Below are positions 49,201 through 62,300 of a stretch of DNA of 64,000 nucleotides, in pieces. The DNA lies in contig CM119268.1 in the NCBI GenBank assembly GCA_051294375.1, positions 4,788,666 through 4,852,665 on the forward strand, in the 5' to 3' direction. Positions within the stretch are counted from its first letter, which is position 1, and the number at the start of each line of letters is the position of its first letter. The notes under the pieces are model-generated. The model searched no databases and was not told where the DNA came from. It saw only the letters and a list, made by a program, of their open reading frames with translations. The stretch is from Paraspadella gotoi. Its lineage: Eukaryota > Animalia > Chaetognatha. A program made the position numbers and the translations under genes.

Positions 49201-50093
49201 AATCGCCTCTGTTCGGTGGAAAACTCGTCGAACGAGGGCGCTCTGGAGAATTCTCCTCTTAGCGATTGACGGAAGAAGATTTCACGAAAAACTTTTCATT
49301 CGTTAAAAACTTTTTTTTTTCTAACTTATAGGGGAAATAACGTTATTTATTTTTTTTTAAATCAGTTTATCATTTATATCTTTCATTGATAAAACGTTGG
49401 CATACATTTGTTCCCATTATACGCAGACAAGCGAGGTTTTCCCAACCCCTTCAAGGGCCTTCACCCCCAAGAGGCTTCGTATGTCAGCAAATTCACACCA
49501 AAAACGATTTCCTCCATTCGAAAATGAGAGATTGAAAGCTTGGAGCCGGTTCCGTCACGAAAGGGCCTCTCCACGTCGGACCGAACGGTGACAGCGACGA
49601 TAAAAGACAATCTTCCCTTTCGGCGCCATTTGTATAACTTGGTTGGGGGAGAAATCGACGGGAGACTCCGCGGGATTTCCTTTCGACTCTTCGTTTGGGA
49701 AGGAAGGGAAAGGGAGATAGGAGTTTCGGAAAGGGATGGCTCTTTGCAAAGGGCTGTAATGGGGTCTTTAAGGAGTCATGGAGAAGAGTTCTTACAGATG
49801 TCTTCAAGGGGGATCTTTAGAGGGCCTTTAGTAGGGTTTTAAGAATGGGGCAAGAGTTCCTTGAGGGCGGGGGCCTGTAAAGAGGCTATTAAAGGGTCCT
49901 TGTGAAGTTTTTTATAGGAGTCCTTCAGGGGTTCGCTGAGGGGACTCTACAGATAGGTTTTGAAGGGGCCCAGGAGAGAGGTTAAGCCTGACCAAAACCC
50001 AATTGACCAGCTTGTCCATCTAACCACAATTTTCCCCACAAATCTCTCACACATAAAAAAACCTTACACGCTTACCCTCACACAGGCGAATCA

Positions 50094-53000
50094 ATGACGA
50101 CGCCCTCTTCCGAGGATTTCCCCTCCCATTCCCTTCCTCCCTCCTCCTTCGCCCCTACCCCCTGTTCCTCCTTCCCCTTCTCCACACCCATCCCCTCCTC
50201 CTCCTCCTCCTTCTCCTCCTCCCCCTCCTCCTTCCGTTGTCCCCTCATCGATTTCGCCGCGGAGAAACTCTCTCCTCCCTCTCTTCCTCCGGAGGACGAG
50301 GAGGAAGGAGGAGGAAGAGGAAGATTTTGTGCCGAATTCGAGGTGAGTTTGAATGGGAGAAGGGGGAGAGAGGAGAGGGAGGGAGGGGAGGAGAGGGAGA
50401 GGAAGGAGTGAGACAGAAGAGGAGAGGAGGGACGGGAGGGAGGGCAGGAGGAGAGGAGAGAGAGGACTGAAGGAGGGGAAAGGAGGAGAGGGAGGAGGGG
50501 AGGGAGAGGAGAAGAGGGGGAGGAAGTGGCAAAGGCTACCGAATGTTTTGTCGGAATATTTATCGTATTATGATTCGTAATAATTCTATTACAAAATTCT
50601 CATATGTTCTGACTTTTTTTTTTTGTTGCTTGATCGAATTTCGTTTTTTTTTTTTTCTATAATTTTTTTTTAAATGTTAATCCTTTTTAAATTAAGACTG
50701 GCATATGAAAACTGACTTTTTAGACTAAAAAGTCAATAATTATTAAGTTTTTAGTTCATTTCGTCTCACATAGAAACTATGGAAAACTACATCTGAAAAT
50801 AAAAAGTACCCTTGTTTTAATTTACTTGTCGGATTAGCGAATTTTTTGAATCAGAGAGAAAATTCAGTAAGATCCCCACTTCCGAGGATTAAGAATGAAC
50901 TAAATCCCGTAAGAGGGATTAGATGTCGGGTACAATCCATAAATAAGGTTTTAAACAAGACTGAGAACGGTGCATGAAGCGAAAAAAAAAAAAGGAAAGA
51001 AAGAAAGGAGAAAAAAAATAAAGAAGCGAACAACGATGAAAAGAAAGGGAGAAAAAAAGATAAAAAGAAAAAGGTCAGGATTTCTTACATGTACTTTCAA
51101 AATCAATACTTAAAACGAAACAGCGACAACAAAATTCTGTCGTGTCTTCTTTCTGTCCTTTGGGATTCCAGCAAAGCCCAAATAAATCAGAGCCAAGGGC
51201 CGCTGGAAATTCCCAATAAATTTCAAGATTGCGAATCTATTATCAATTTCACGGAGACCTTTGGTTATTTATAGAATTCTCTTTTTCTTTCTCGATTTCT
51301 CGATCTCTTTATATAGTTCTTAAATCATTTTTTTTTCTTTATTTCTCTTCTTTCTTAATTTCTATATTTTCTTCTCTTTCTTTCTTAACTTGTTTCTATC
51401 TTAATTTCTTTCTTCCCATCTTTCTTTTCTCATTTTTTTTTTTTACTATTCTATCTTTTTTCTTGAATTAATCTCATTTCTGCCTGATCTCCAATTTTCA
51501 ATTTACCAACTCCGACCTCCCGATCCGCCCACCGCAACCACCTTTCCTCCATCAACACCCCCCACTACCCCCCCCCCCAACAGGACGCCCTCTGCACAGT
51601 CTGGCCACGCACTCCAGCGGAATCGATCGCGATCAAAACTTGTCAAGAGATTTGGCCAAATTTGAAGCATCAGAATTTGATTCTGGATCATCATTACTCG
51701 CTCGTCAAAGATAATGTATTATTATTTAAAAACAAAACAATGACAACGATTGATAATTAATTATCTTATTCAACCGGTTGAACGTTGTACAAAATAATTA
51801 AAATTTTGATTTTAACTTTAATATTTAATATTTAATAACCTAATTTCAAACCCTAATGCCTATTCTTAACCCTAACCCAAAACCCTAATCATTAATTACT
51901 AAATACTAACACTAATCACTAACTTAATTATTAACCTAATCCTTAACCCAATCCCTAACTTTAACCATTATCAATATTCTAACAAAAAAAAATAATTCAG
52001 AATTTAAGATTTAATTGGGCGTTGTGAAAAAAAAAATAGGGCCTAAAAAATTCCCAGCCCGCCGAAGCCGAAAGGGATAAGTCGATGCCCTATCGGCGAA
52101 ATTTTGAATTTTGAATTTGGATGGGAACGAATCGTTAACTATATTTTTTTTCCGAAGAAGATTTACTAAGCAATTAGTATTCAGTTTAACGAAATCTTTT
52201 TTTTTTTGCGTCGTTTAGAACGTGACTCGACTTTGCTTGGTAAACGGGACATGGGAGACCGTGGCGACTTACAACCAATGCTATCATGGTAAGCTGCTTG
52301 GAAAAAAGTTAAAGTAAACAACTTTTTAAATAGTGAATAAATCTTCTCAACACTACAGTTTGCTCTGCTTACTTAAGTTTTTATTCTTTCAAATAATTTT
52401 TTTTCTTCTTTTTGAAATGTTTTTCTTATCTTTTTTTCATTTTATTTTTCTTCCCTTTCTTTTTTACTTTCCATTTTCTCAAAAAAAAAAAACGAGAAAA
52501 GAGCAGAATTATATCGGTATCATTTTCCAATTTTCATCATTTTTTTCGATTCACGCCCTGTGAACCCTTTTCTCTTTTTCCCATGGCTCAATATAAAATC
52601 TTCCTCACCTCTTCACTTCCAATCATTTTTCACTTACCCCATTTTTTGATTTACCCTACTTTCACTTTCACGCTTCACTTTTTTCAGTTTTCACATTTTT
52701 AAAAAAAAACTGCTAATTCACACTTTCACCTTTTTCCCTCCAATCTCACAAAAGTTAAGGGAACACGAACTAATAAAACAAGTGGCCTTCCCTTAATTAA
52801 GTTGACACTTTAAAAAAAAAATCATTCCGTTTTAATTAAAACCGAAGTAGAAATGAAATTGAAAGAGAAAGAAACCGATTGGTGTTCGCAATGGAGTCAT
52901 TTTTCGAGCTCCGACCAAAATAATATAAAAGAACGGATGAAATTAAAGACTTTTTAATAATAAAATCAGATTTCAATTTTAGTGACGAGAAAAAAATAAA

Positions 53001-56000
53001 ACAAATGTAGAAACTAGGCGACAGTACTAAGCCCTAGGCGGTTAAAGCTACGAACTTAGCGTCCAGCCGGGCTAGAACCCCCATGATTTTGGAAACGAAT
53101 GGCTTTAGCCAATGACCGCTTTGTCATAGCCTATGAATCCACAAAATAAAATAAATTAAACAAAGAAATTACTAAGAGCGCAAAGAAAAGCAGACAAATT
53201 TATAACGTTCAATCACGAAGAAAGTAGATGAAAAACACCTTTGGTTTAAAATTAATTATTCAATTATTTTTTTTTTTCAAGACGAAGAAATCGCGGAAAA
53301 TGAGAAATCTTCTCTCGACATGACAGATTGGATCTACTTTCTCGGCTACTCGGTTTCAGCCCTTTCAGCCATAGCAGGTGAGGGTATGTCACGCATGGGA
53401 ATTGAGGGTATGTCAGGAATGGCGGGTGGAGGTATGTCAGGCACGGCAGGTAAGAGTAGTTAGAGATATCTCAGAAGTAGTTGCTCATTTTTGTCAACGA
53501 ACACAATCTTTGTCATCTTTGGCGTCATTGAATGACATTTTACCCACAAAATTTGTGGATGAGGCGCTAATTGGGCTGAAGAGTGCTATCCGCAACTTTA
53601 TTAACCCACTCTACAACGGGTCCAGGGCTTGGAACCGGGCTTTATGGTTTTCCACGTTCCCAAGTATCTCACGGTCGTGTGCAGAAGGTATTACTCAAGG
53701 AGCCGCCGGGTCAAGACTGAANNNNNNNNNNCAACAAAATTCATTCTCAGCTCATCGCCGCCATCTTGGCAAAAATCATCTTCTTCATTTTCCTTCAAAT
53801 TTCCGTCAGAAACGATTGGTTCGGCGATAAGGAGAGGTCAGTTGAGGGGGTCCGTGCGGTCCGTGCGTTTGTAGGTGTCCGTCTGTCCGTTATTGTGCCG
53901 GTTTTTTTTTAAATATATAATATATAAATGATTAAACCTTGCTTAAAAAATTATTGAAAATAAATATATTAAAAATCTTGAATGAAAATTTGTTTGATTT
54001 CTTTCGTACCTAGAAAAATATGGAGTTGCAATCTTTATATTTTTAAATTTTTTATTTTTATATTTAATTAAAAAAATTTGTTTTTCTTTTTTTAACATTT
54101 TTAATAATGATAAAAATAGTAAAAATATTGATGATAATAATAATAAAATTTGCATTTTTTTTCTCTCAAAACACGTTTCCAACAGACTGACAGACCGAAA
54201 AAGTTATATAGCGTGATGTCTCGACGCAAATAAAAACACCTAATAACCAAACCTTTCATCCGAGTTTTTATTTCCCCAATAAATTTTTCTTTTTCCCTAA
54301 AATCCGACCTCCAGCCGATCGGAAGTCGTTTGCAAAACGCTCAACTCCATCTACGAGTATCTGGTGATCGTCCCCTTTTTCTGGATGCTCAATGAGGCCT
54401 TTTATCTGCACCTCATGGTCGTGTGGGCTTTCGGCCTTGACAATCTCAGGTGGGTGACGAACGACGTCATCGTTGACGTTTAATTAATCAAGAAGTGAAG
54501 GCAAATTGTTATTCATTATTTATGGACCAAAGTGATGACTGGACCCTGGAGAGTTTGGAGACAATAAATTAATTATTGTATTATAATTTTCATTTGTCTT
54601 GAGGTAGTACGAGAGAGAGCGCCCCTCGTTCCTTTGGCTATCCCGACCGATGGAATTTTGATGCAGTTTATGTCAAATAAATGGTTTTTTAGTCATGTTA
54701 TGTCATATCATATCATGTGATCAAAGGGAAATACAGGCGAAAATAAAGTCACAATTTTAATTAATTTAATGAATACGATTCCTCCCCTCGCCCTTCTCCC
54801 CTATCCCTCTCTTAATTCTCGTTCTTCCTCCCTCTTTCCCCCCCCCCTCCTCCCAAAAATAGGCTCCTCTATTTCCTTCTCTCCGGCTGGTGCCTCCCCC
54901 TTCTTCCCATCGGCGTCTGGTACGCTATCAGCCTCAGCGAACCCACGCTACGCTGCCACGAGCGTAGCGTCTACGAGCTCATCTACGTCGTACCCATCTT
55001 CGTCTCGCTCGCCGTCAACTTTGTGCTGTTGCTCACCATCCTGTGGGTACTGGTCACCAAGCTGAGGGGCCAGAACGCCGTGGAGACCAGGTTGGTGGTG
55101 CTGGGAGGGGGGCGGAGTCACGGAGAAGAAGGGACATGTAGCGGGCATTTGCTCAAGTTGATATACAATTCATACTATTGAAACATTCTTGGAAATGTTA
55201 AATACGTACCGCTTCATTGATAAGGATTCGGGAATCTCGGTACTAATGGTACTATGGGAATGAATAAACGAGTCTGTGAGAAAGTCATGATTAAAAACTT
55301 GCAGGGACCTGCTTTGTCATTATATTGAAAGAGTGATGGAGACCATAAACAACCAAAGCCTGTTCAAAGCCAGGGGCAAATTAGCTTATTTCTTAAATGA
55401 TAGGATAATTGAATGTAGCAATTTAATAGTACCTGTGGATTGAAGAGTAAAGGCATCGACTCAGGACCACAAGATCAATCCTTACCCGGTGTCCATCCTT
55501 ACTGTGAGGTCTGACGACGGACGTGAACCGTCTTGAGACCCTGGCAAACCCTCCAAGCCTTGTTTCATACCCCAAATCGCGAGGGGACTAAAAGTGTAAT
55601 AATTTTTCTTCAGCGCACTTTTTGTGACTTACCCAGAAAGGAAAAAAAAATTAAAAGGGGTCACTTGATCCGATTTGGGTCCATAAAAAGTTTCTTGGTC
55701 GTGCAAGGAGAGATTCAAAATATACTAAATTACTAATGATAAAAAAGATTATCATTTAAGCAATTCTTGCTTTTTTTTTGTTAAAAGGGTGTTCCTGTCG
55801 TGAGTTGCGTTACACATTTTTGAATTGAATTTGATTTCTTTTCACTTTCATCTCTCTCTCTCTATCTCTCCCTCTTTCTTTCCCTCCCCAGAAATTACCG
55901 CAAGGCCTTCAAAGCCATCCTCTTCCTCTTTCATCTCTTCGGACTTAACTACGTCCTTTTCATCACTCACCCGGAGAACAACCCCGTCATGAAGACGCTC

Positions 56001-56152
56001 TTTTTGTGAGTCTTGATGTGTGTGTGAGAGAGAGAGAGATGTTAGAGGGGGATTGTTGTTGGCGAAGACACGAATCAAATAAACAATGATTAATAATATT
56101 ACGCATCGGTAAGTTTAAAGTCTTTGAGATAGTCCACAATATTGTCTCCGAC

Positions 56153-56183
<31 letters not shown>

Positions 56184-58052
56184 CTCAAAAGCCAATAATG
56201 GAGATTGTTTTCAAAAGCAACCTTATCTTTATGTTTAGAATTTGAATAAAATAGATAGTAGTAATAAAACCAAAACCTTTCTATTCTGAAACAGAAAAAT
56301 AAAATGCTCTCTCGTTTTTTCTCTTACAAAAAAAATTTATCTTTTTATTTTTTGGTTATGTACTAGTTGTTTGAGTATTTTTATGTCTTTTTTCATTTTC
56401 ATTTTTTTTCTGTTTCTATGTATAACGACGTGGCCTTTTTCTTTCATTTTTTTTCTCTTCAGTAAAAGTCAGGGACAAGATAGCTTATTTTTCGAATGAG
56501 GTCGAGCAGTTTTATTCATGAAAAATACAAAAACATTATTACAATTACAAAATATCGAATATGTACCGAACATATAACGACCGATAAATAATAGCTTTCA
56601 CTTCAGTACTAGAATGCGATGACCCTGGCAAGCGATTTGATTGCCTTTTTTTTCAAGACTCAATTTATGGGTTAATTTCCTGTTCAGTATAAATGTCATT
56701 TGTTATAACGTTCGTTCCGAAGTGATTTTTTTCTTTAGGGGATATAGCTTTTAAAATATTAGTCTCTTTCTTTTATTTTTCCCCTCATTATTTAATGTCC
56801 ATCCTTTGACCAATTCGATCGTTGCTCCTTGTCCTTCCTTTGCCCTTTGTCTGCTTTTGCTTTGTCCGCTCTTTACCCTTCTCACTTCCGCCCCTTTGTC
56901 CCTCCCACTTTGTCCTTCCTCTCTCCTCAGGGTCTTTAATTCGGCGATGGATTCGTTTCAAGGTTTTTTCGTGAGTCTCTTCTTCTGTTTCACCAACAAA
57001 GAAGTCAAAGACGTGAGTTGAGAGAGAGAGGGAGGAGGGAGAGAAAGAGAGGGAGAGGGAGGGAGAGAAATCAGAGGATGACGTGAGTGAGGGGGTAGAC
57101 GAAGGAGGGAGTGAGAGGGGGGAGAGAGAGAGAGAGAAAAAGGGAGAAAAAAAGTGAGAAAAAAAAAGAAAAAAAACGAGAAAAAGAAATCTAGGATTAG
57201 AAAGCGAGAAAGAAGGAGAGAGAGAGAAAAAAAAAATGAAATAAAGAACCCTAACGCAAATGCAACAAAATAACCACTCCTTGCTCCCACCCCCTTTTTC
57301 CCCCTTCCCCCTTCCCCCTCTCCCCCGTCACTTTTGAAAAGGCGCTGAAACGAGAAATACGGCGTCGGCTGGAAAATCGACGAATCCCCGCAGGGACGAC
57401 GTCTCAGTCCCGTGGGGAAAGATCGGAAATGGGGATGAGCACGACGCTCTTCACTCGGGTAAGGAGTAAAAGGGGAAGGATAAACATGGGCTGGAAGGGG
57501 GGCGGGGTCGGGGAGAGACAGCAGAAGATCGAAGGTGAAAAAAGTGAGTGAGCAAATGAGGTTAAGCGGCGTCTGAAAGCGCGGGGGAAAAAAAAAATGA
57601 ATTCAGCGGTCGATGGGATCAGTCGTCCGTATATTTTTTTTTAAATTCTTTTATCAACGGACGGACAGACAGACCAAAAAGCGTCTTAAATAGATAGACC
57701 AGATAGACAGACAGACTAAAAAGCGTCTTAAATTGAGTTTCGAAAAGGTACTGCGGACGTAGCGCCCAAAGCGTTTAAACCCTGATATAAAGATGAAGAG
57801 GGGAAACGTGCAAATATATCCCTGGGACATTCATTTTCTCTTATCTTTTTTTTTCTTTATTTGATTCATTGTCTCTCTTTTTCTTCTGTTTTTTTTCCCC
57901 CCCTAGCATTTTTTTTTATATCTCTTTCCTTTTTTTTTTGTCTCTGTCATTTTATTTCTCTTTCCCTCCAGGTTCCGGCGCCTTCGTCGGCAGAGGAACC
58001 GGAACAAGATACTCGATTCGGCAAAGGAAGCGACTTAACGGCGACTGCGTGA
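50094..58052 (+). CDS. Class B1 (secretin family) GPCR, calcitonin/diuretic-hormone-receptor-like (exons 50086-50342, 51584-~51715, 52219-52288, 53282-53377, gap-53836, 54315-54449, 54863-55090, 55892-56005, 56931-57012, 57342-57458, 57972-58052)
   Basis: ECD: FCAEFEDALCTVWPRTPA...C and NVTRLCLVNGTW...YNQC. TM1 IYFLGYSVS, TM2 NKIHSQL, TM3 FFWMLNEAFYLH, TM4 GWCLP, TM5 VNFVLLLTILWVLVTKLR, TM6 YRKAFKAILFLFHLFG, TM7 SFQGFFVSLFFCFTNKEV. Exon phases are consistent. The start codon and the TM1/ICL1 piece (in the gap) are uncertain. Confidence 0.93.
53722..53731. other. Assembly gap removing the 5' part of the GPCR TM2 exon
   Basis: Run of N directly followed by in-frame NKIHSQL. Confidence 0.9.
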
Positions 58053-58823
58053 TACCGCGATGCCGTAATACCGCAGGAGCAGTAATCACTAAATCTACGG
58101 CCCTTTTGACCACTCGAATAAATTTTAAATACAGTAAAAGTTCATTGATACGAAATCCCCAAAAGACTACATCTGAGAAGAACTCATGGGTTATAACTTT
58201 AAATCGTTAAAGTCTGGAAGAAATCTTGAGATTAATCTAATACCATATATATTATATATAATAATATATATTAATAGAAATTAATATAAAGTTCAACAAA
58301 AATTACAATGGCACTATTGTGCTGCTGTATGTTATTAGCTTAAAATAGTATTTTCTATTTTCAAATGTCGTTCTGTGAGTTTTGAAATAAACGAGTATTC
58401 CTCAATCCGTTATTCACAGATTATTCACCCTCGTTTACTATGAAGACGAAGGCGAAGACCGGCACCTCTCATGAAATCCTAGTAAATTGGTAGTGAAAGG
58501 CTATTTCATAACATCGACAAAAAATTTATGAATATAAAAATTGTATCAAAGTCAGAAGCAACTATTTCGTACAATAGACTGGATTTATGCCGTAATTCAA
58601 GGTAGAGAAAGATTAAAATTAAAAATTAAAATGACACAAATTATGCCAATGCTATTTCGTGATGATGAGTATCAAAAACGTTGTCCTTTAAATCTTATAT
58701 TTTCTTCGTCGTCGTTTTCTTCCTCCTCTCTGCCACGATCGAGCGACGGTATGTAAAGAGAAAAGTAAAATAAGTACAAATCAATTAAATGTTATTAATT
58801 TAAACGAGGGATGATTGTTTTAA

Positions 58824-59091
58824 GGTCCGGGATCACTCAATTCGAATTATAATTAGGCTAAAACCGAGCTCGGTTGTAGAAATTTAGCTTACATTTAAAA
58901 AATTATTTTTCGCTCGAAAATCTAGTTTTACCGAAGAAAAAAATTTTGTTTAAATTTTTATGAACATTTTAGGTAGATTTTTAAAAGTTTTCGATTATTT
59001 TTTAATAGAAAACCTATTACAAGATGTGAGAAAATGATTAAGATACAGTAAATTAAGATTTCTACAATTTTAGGTTGAGTGATCCCTGGCC
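58824..59091. mobile_element. MITE with TTAA target site (Kolobok/piggyBac-type)
   Basis: TTAA|ggtccgggatcactcaa ... ttgagtgatccctggcc|TTAA. Confidence 0.7.
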
Positions 59092-59160
59092 TTAACCGAT
59101 CATAGTCCCCATTATCAGATAATTTTCTCGCACAAACGAATTCGACTTATTCACGATAAA

Positions 59161-59298
59161 CTAACTTGTATTAGTCACGTGACCATTGGACGTCGATTGC
59201 CCAACGACGCAGTATTTTCTTTGATGAGAGAGAAGAGTAGATTTTCTTGTGAACTTTTTGTGACAGTCGCTGCAGGAAACACTCTTTGATGGAAGCGC

Positions 59299-59329
<31 letters not shown>

Positions 59330-62300
59330 TAGAAGAGAGGAAAGAAAAAAAAATCATATTAAAGAACATTTAAATGTTTTCAAATATTGTTTTTAATCAT
59401 AACCCAAAACTGAGCAAAAGCGTTTGTAATTTCATTCCTTTCCTCCCCCCCCCCTCGCCCCCTCGCGAACCTTCTCCTTTCGATGCGAACTTTGATGACT
59501 TCTCATGTCGCTTTTGGTCTTGAATGATTTTTCGCAAATCTCGCAGACGAAATTCCGAGAGTCGCCATGGATACGGAGCCAATGTTTGCCGAGGACGCCG
59601 TTGGTGGCGAAGGTCTGAAAAGTGAGGGGAAAAAGTGAAACTTGAACTTACCCTGATCTCCTTCCCCCCGACCAAAGAACCTCGCCTCTTTCGAGGTCTT
59701 ACCTTATTGCAATCTAAGCACTTAAACATCTTCTCTCCGTGGACCCTGGTCAGATGCGTCCTCAGCGTCACTCTTGATTTCAAACGTTTGCCGCATTTGC
59801 CGCAAAGGTGCGTCTGAGGGTTGGAATGCTTCGTCGACAGGTGTCGCGTCAGGCGGCTGCAGACGGAAAAGGTCTCCTGGCAGATTTCGCACACCTGGCG
59901 GGAATGAAAGGAATCGTCACGAGATTCCACTTTCCATTTGTTGTTCCTTTATCTCTTTTTTTTTCTCTTTTTTAAAGTTTCCTTTTCTCAATTTCTTTCT
60001 TTTGTCTTTTAACTCGTATTTAAACTTTCTTCATATCTTTATTTTTCTGTAATTCCAATTTCTATTTTTTATTATTATTTCTTTGTTTTCATACCCAAAT
60101 CTTTGGTTTGTGTTTGTCTATGAGATGCTTTTGCATCCGTTTTTTCGTCAATGAAATTCCACAGTGATCGCACAGTTCCATTTTCGGCGAATGATATTCT
60201 CTAAATGAAGAGAAAAAAAAAATCACCCTGTTACAGAATGTACATCTCTCTTCTTTAGTACCCTAAACCCAAAAAACCTCACCTCGACCCCTTACCTTAC
60301 TCACGAACCTTACCTGAGATGATCCCGCAGCTTCTCCTCGCATTCGTAGACTCTACTGCAGACGATGCAGGTCGGCACTTGTGCGCCGTGATCCAGCATC
60401 GCGTGAGTGGCGGACATCTTAATGTCGCAGAGGAGCGAGCATTTTGAGCATTTAGCTGCGGATTGATAACCATTAATACAAAAATGAAGAAAAATTATTA
60501 GTTTGACAATGTTTATCGATTATCGACAGAGCATTTGCAGAGGCGATGACACAGGGAAAAGACAAAGGAGACAATTATTAAATTATTTTTTGAATAAGTT
60601 CAAAGAAGATTTGTTTTTGAGTTAGGATGAAAAAGAAAGTGATCGTGATATCCTTCAGCAATCCCGACCGTCCACCCCTTAAGCCGTTTCACTCGTTCAT
60701 TTGTCAATGGTCAGCCTGTAGCTGGAGTTTGGTCTGAGATTGGTCAGCCGTTTAAGGAACCGATCACATTAAAAGGCCGATCAAGGACCATTCGGTTGAA
60801 AACTATTCTTTCGATTAACCTTTAACTATGAATCACCAACCCCCAATCCTCCCTCACCCTCAAAAAAGGAACCGTCAACCACTCCCCCCCCCAGATTTTT
60901 CCTCACCCTTAAAAAGTAGTCGTGGCCCTCGTCCTTCGAATGCGTTTTCAAATGATCGACGAGTCTTCGCGCGACGACGAAAGATCTCGAGCAGACGAGA
61001 CAATCGAAAGACGCGGTCGAGTGGACGAACTTTTGGTGGAGGACGCAGTCGTCGAGTGGAACGAGAGCGCGACAGGTTTTGCACTCCAGAGTTGTTTTGA
61101 GAGGAGTGGTGGGAGGAGTGGCGGCGGTGGTGGCGGTGGTGGATGGAGACGGTGTGGTGTCGGGAAGTTTAGCGCGACTGGAAAGAAAAAAATGTGTCAG
61201 ATGTGGCTTTAATGCAGCTATTTTTTATTTCATCACTTTCTGTTTCTTACTCTCTCTCTTTCTCTTTTCTTCAACTTCAACTCAATCTCAACATCTCTCT
61301 CTCCCCCTCTCTCTCTCCCTTCCCTCTCTCTCTTTCTCTCCCCCCCTGTAGAGAAATGGCGATGCCATTTCTATTTATTTCTTTGCCATTTTGTTTACCA
61401 TTTCTTTGACCTTTTTGTAAATTGTGCTTTTGCTTTTCTTGGAGATTACTCTCCCTTTTCTTTCTCTTTACCAGATATATTAGGCCATAGACTCTAGACC
61501 TTTCTCAGCCCGTCCAAAAACGGCCTTTTACGAAGCCAAGGTCACCCCACGTCACGTCACGTCAATCTTACGTCATGATACCATTTTAGTGAGCCATAGA
61601 CTTGTGGACGTGCTCGTGGTCATACGTCTCAGACCACACTCGTGACGCCTCGTCGACTACCCTCGGCGGCGCCGGTAGCGGCGACCGCGGGTTTCTACCG
61701 TCCTTCGAGACGGCGCTACGGCGTTCACGGCGCTCGTCCATCGGCGCCGGGGCGTCGTCGCCCACTCTTTCCGACGACGGCTTCGAGGGACGTTGGGACG
61801 ACTCGCTTCAGTACAGCTACGCGACGAGAGATGCCGAGAGGCCTCGACCTACCCTACGGTTCGTTGACACCCCCTTACTCTCCCTCTCTCTCCTCCCCCT
61901 CCCCCACCCTCACCTCTTCCTCGTCAACACTTCATCATTTTCCTTCTTCCGCGATGCTGTGCTTGATAAAATTTGCTTGGTATTTGAAGACTCGACCGCA
62001 AGCATCGCAATTAAATTCGTTGATCGATTTCGATCTGATTCTGACGCCGGACGAAGCGGCGTCGCCTTCTGTCAACGGTTTGAGATCATAGGCGGCGCCA
62101 TCTGTGCCCGACCCGGCGTCATTGGCGGCGCGTTCCGGCCCAAATCCGACGTCATTGGCTGCGCGTTCCGGCCCAAATACGACGTCATTGGCGGCGCGTT
62201 CCGGCTCCAATCCAGCGCTACATTGAACAACCTTTTCTTCCACCTCCTCCTCCTTCGTCTCTCTCTCCATCTCCTCTCCACGTGTCCTCGTCTCAATCTC

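Noticed and set aside
53378-53721. ORF continuing the GPCR TM1 exon
   Set aside because: It follows a strong GTGAGG donor and matches the interspersed element at ~14950-15070, so it is intronic.
55500-55545. CTGACGA...GAGAC as a hammerhead (similar motif near 14715-14755 on -)
   Set aside because: The GAAA box is absent and the stems are unconvincing.
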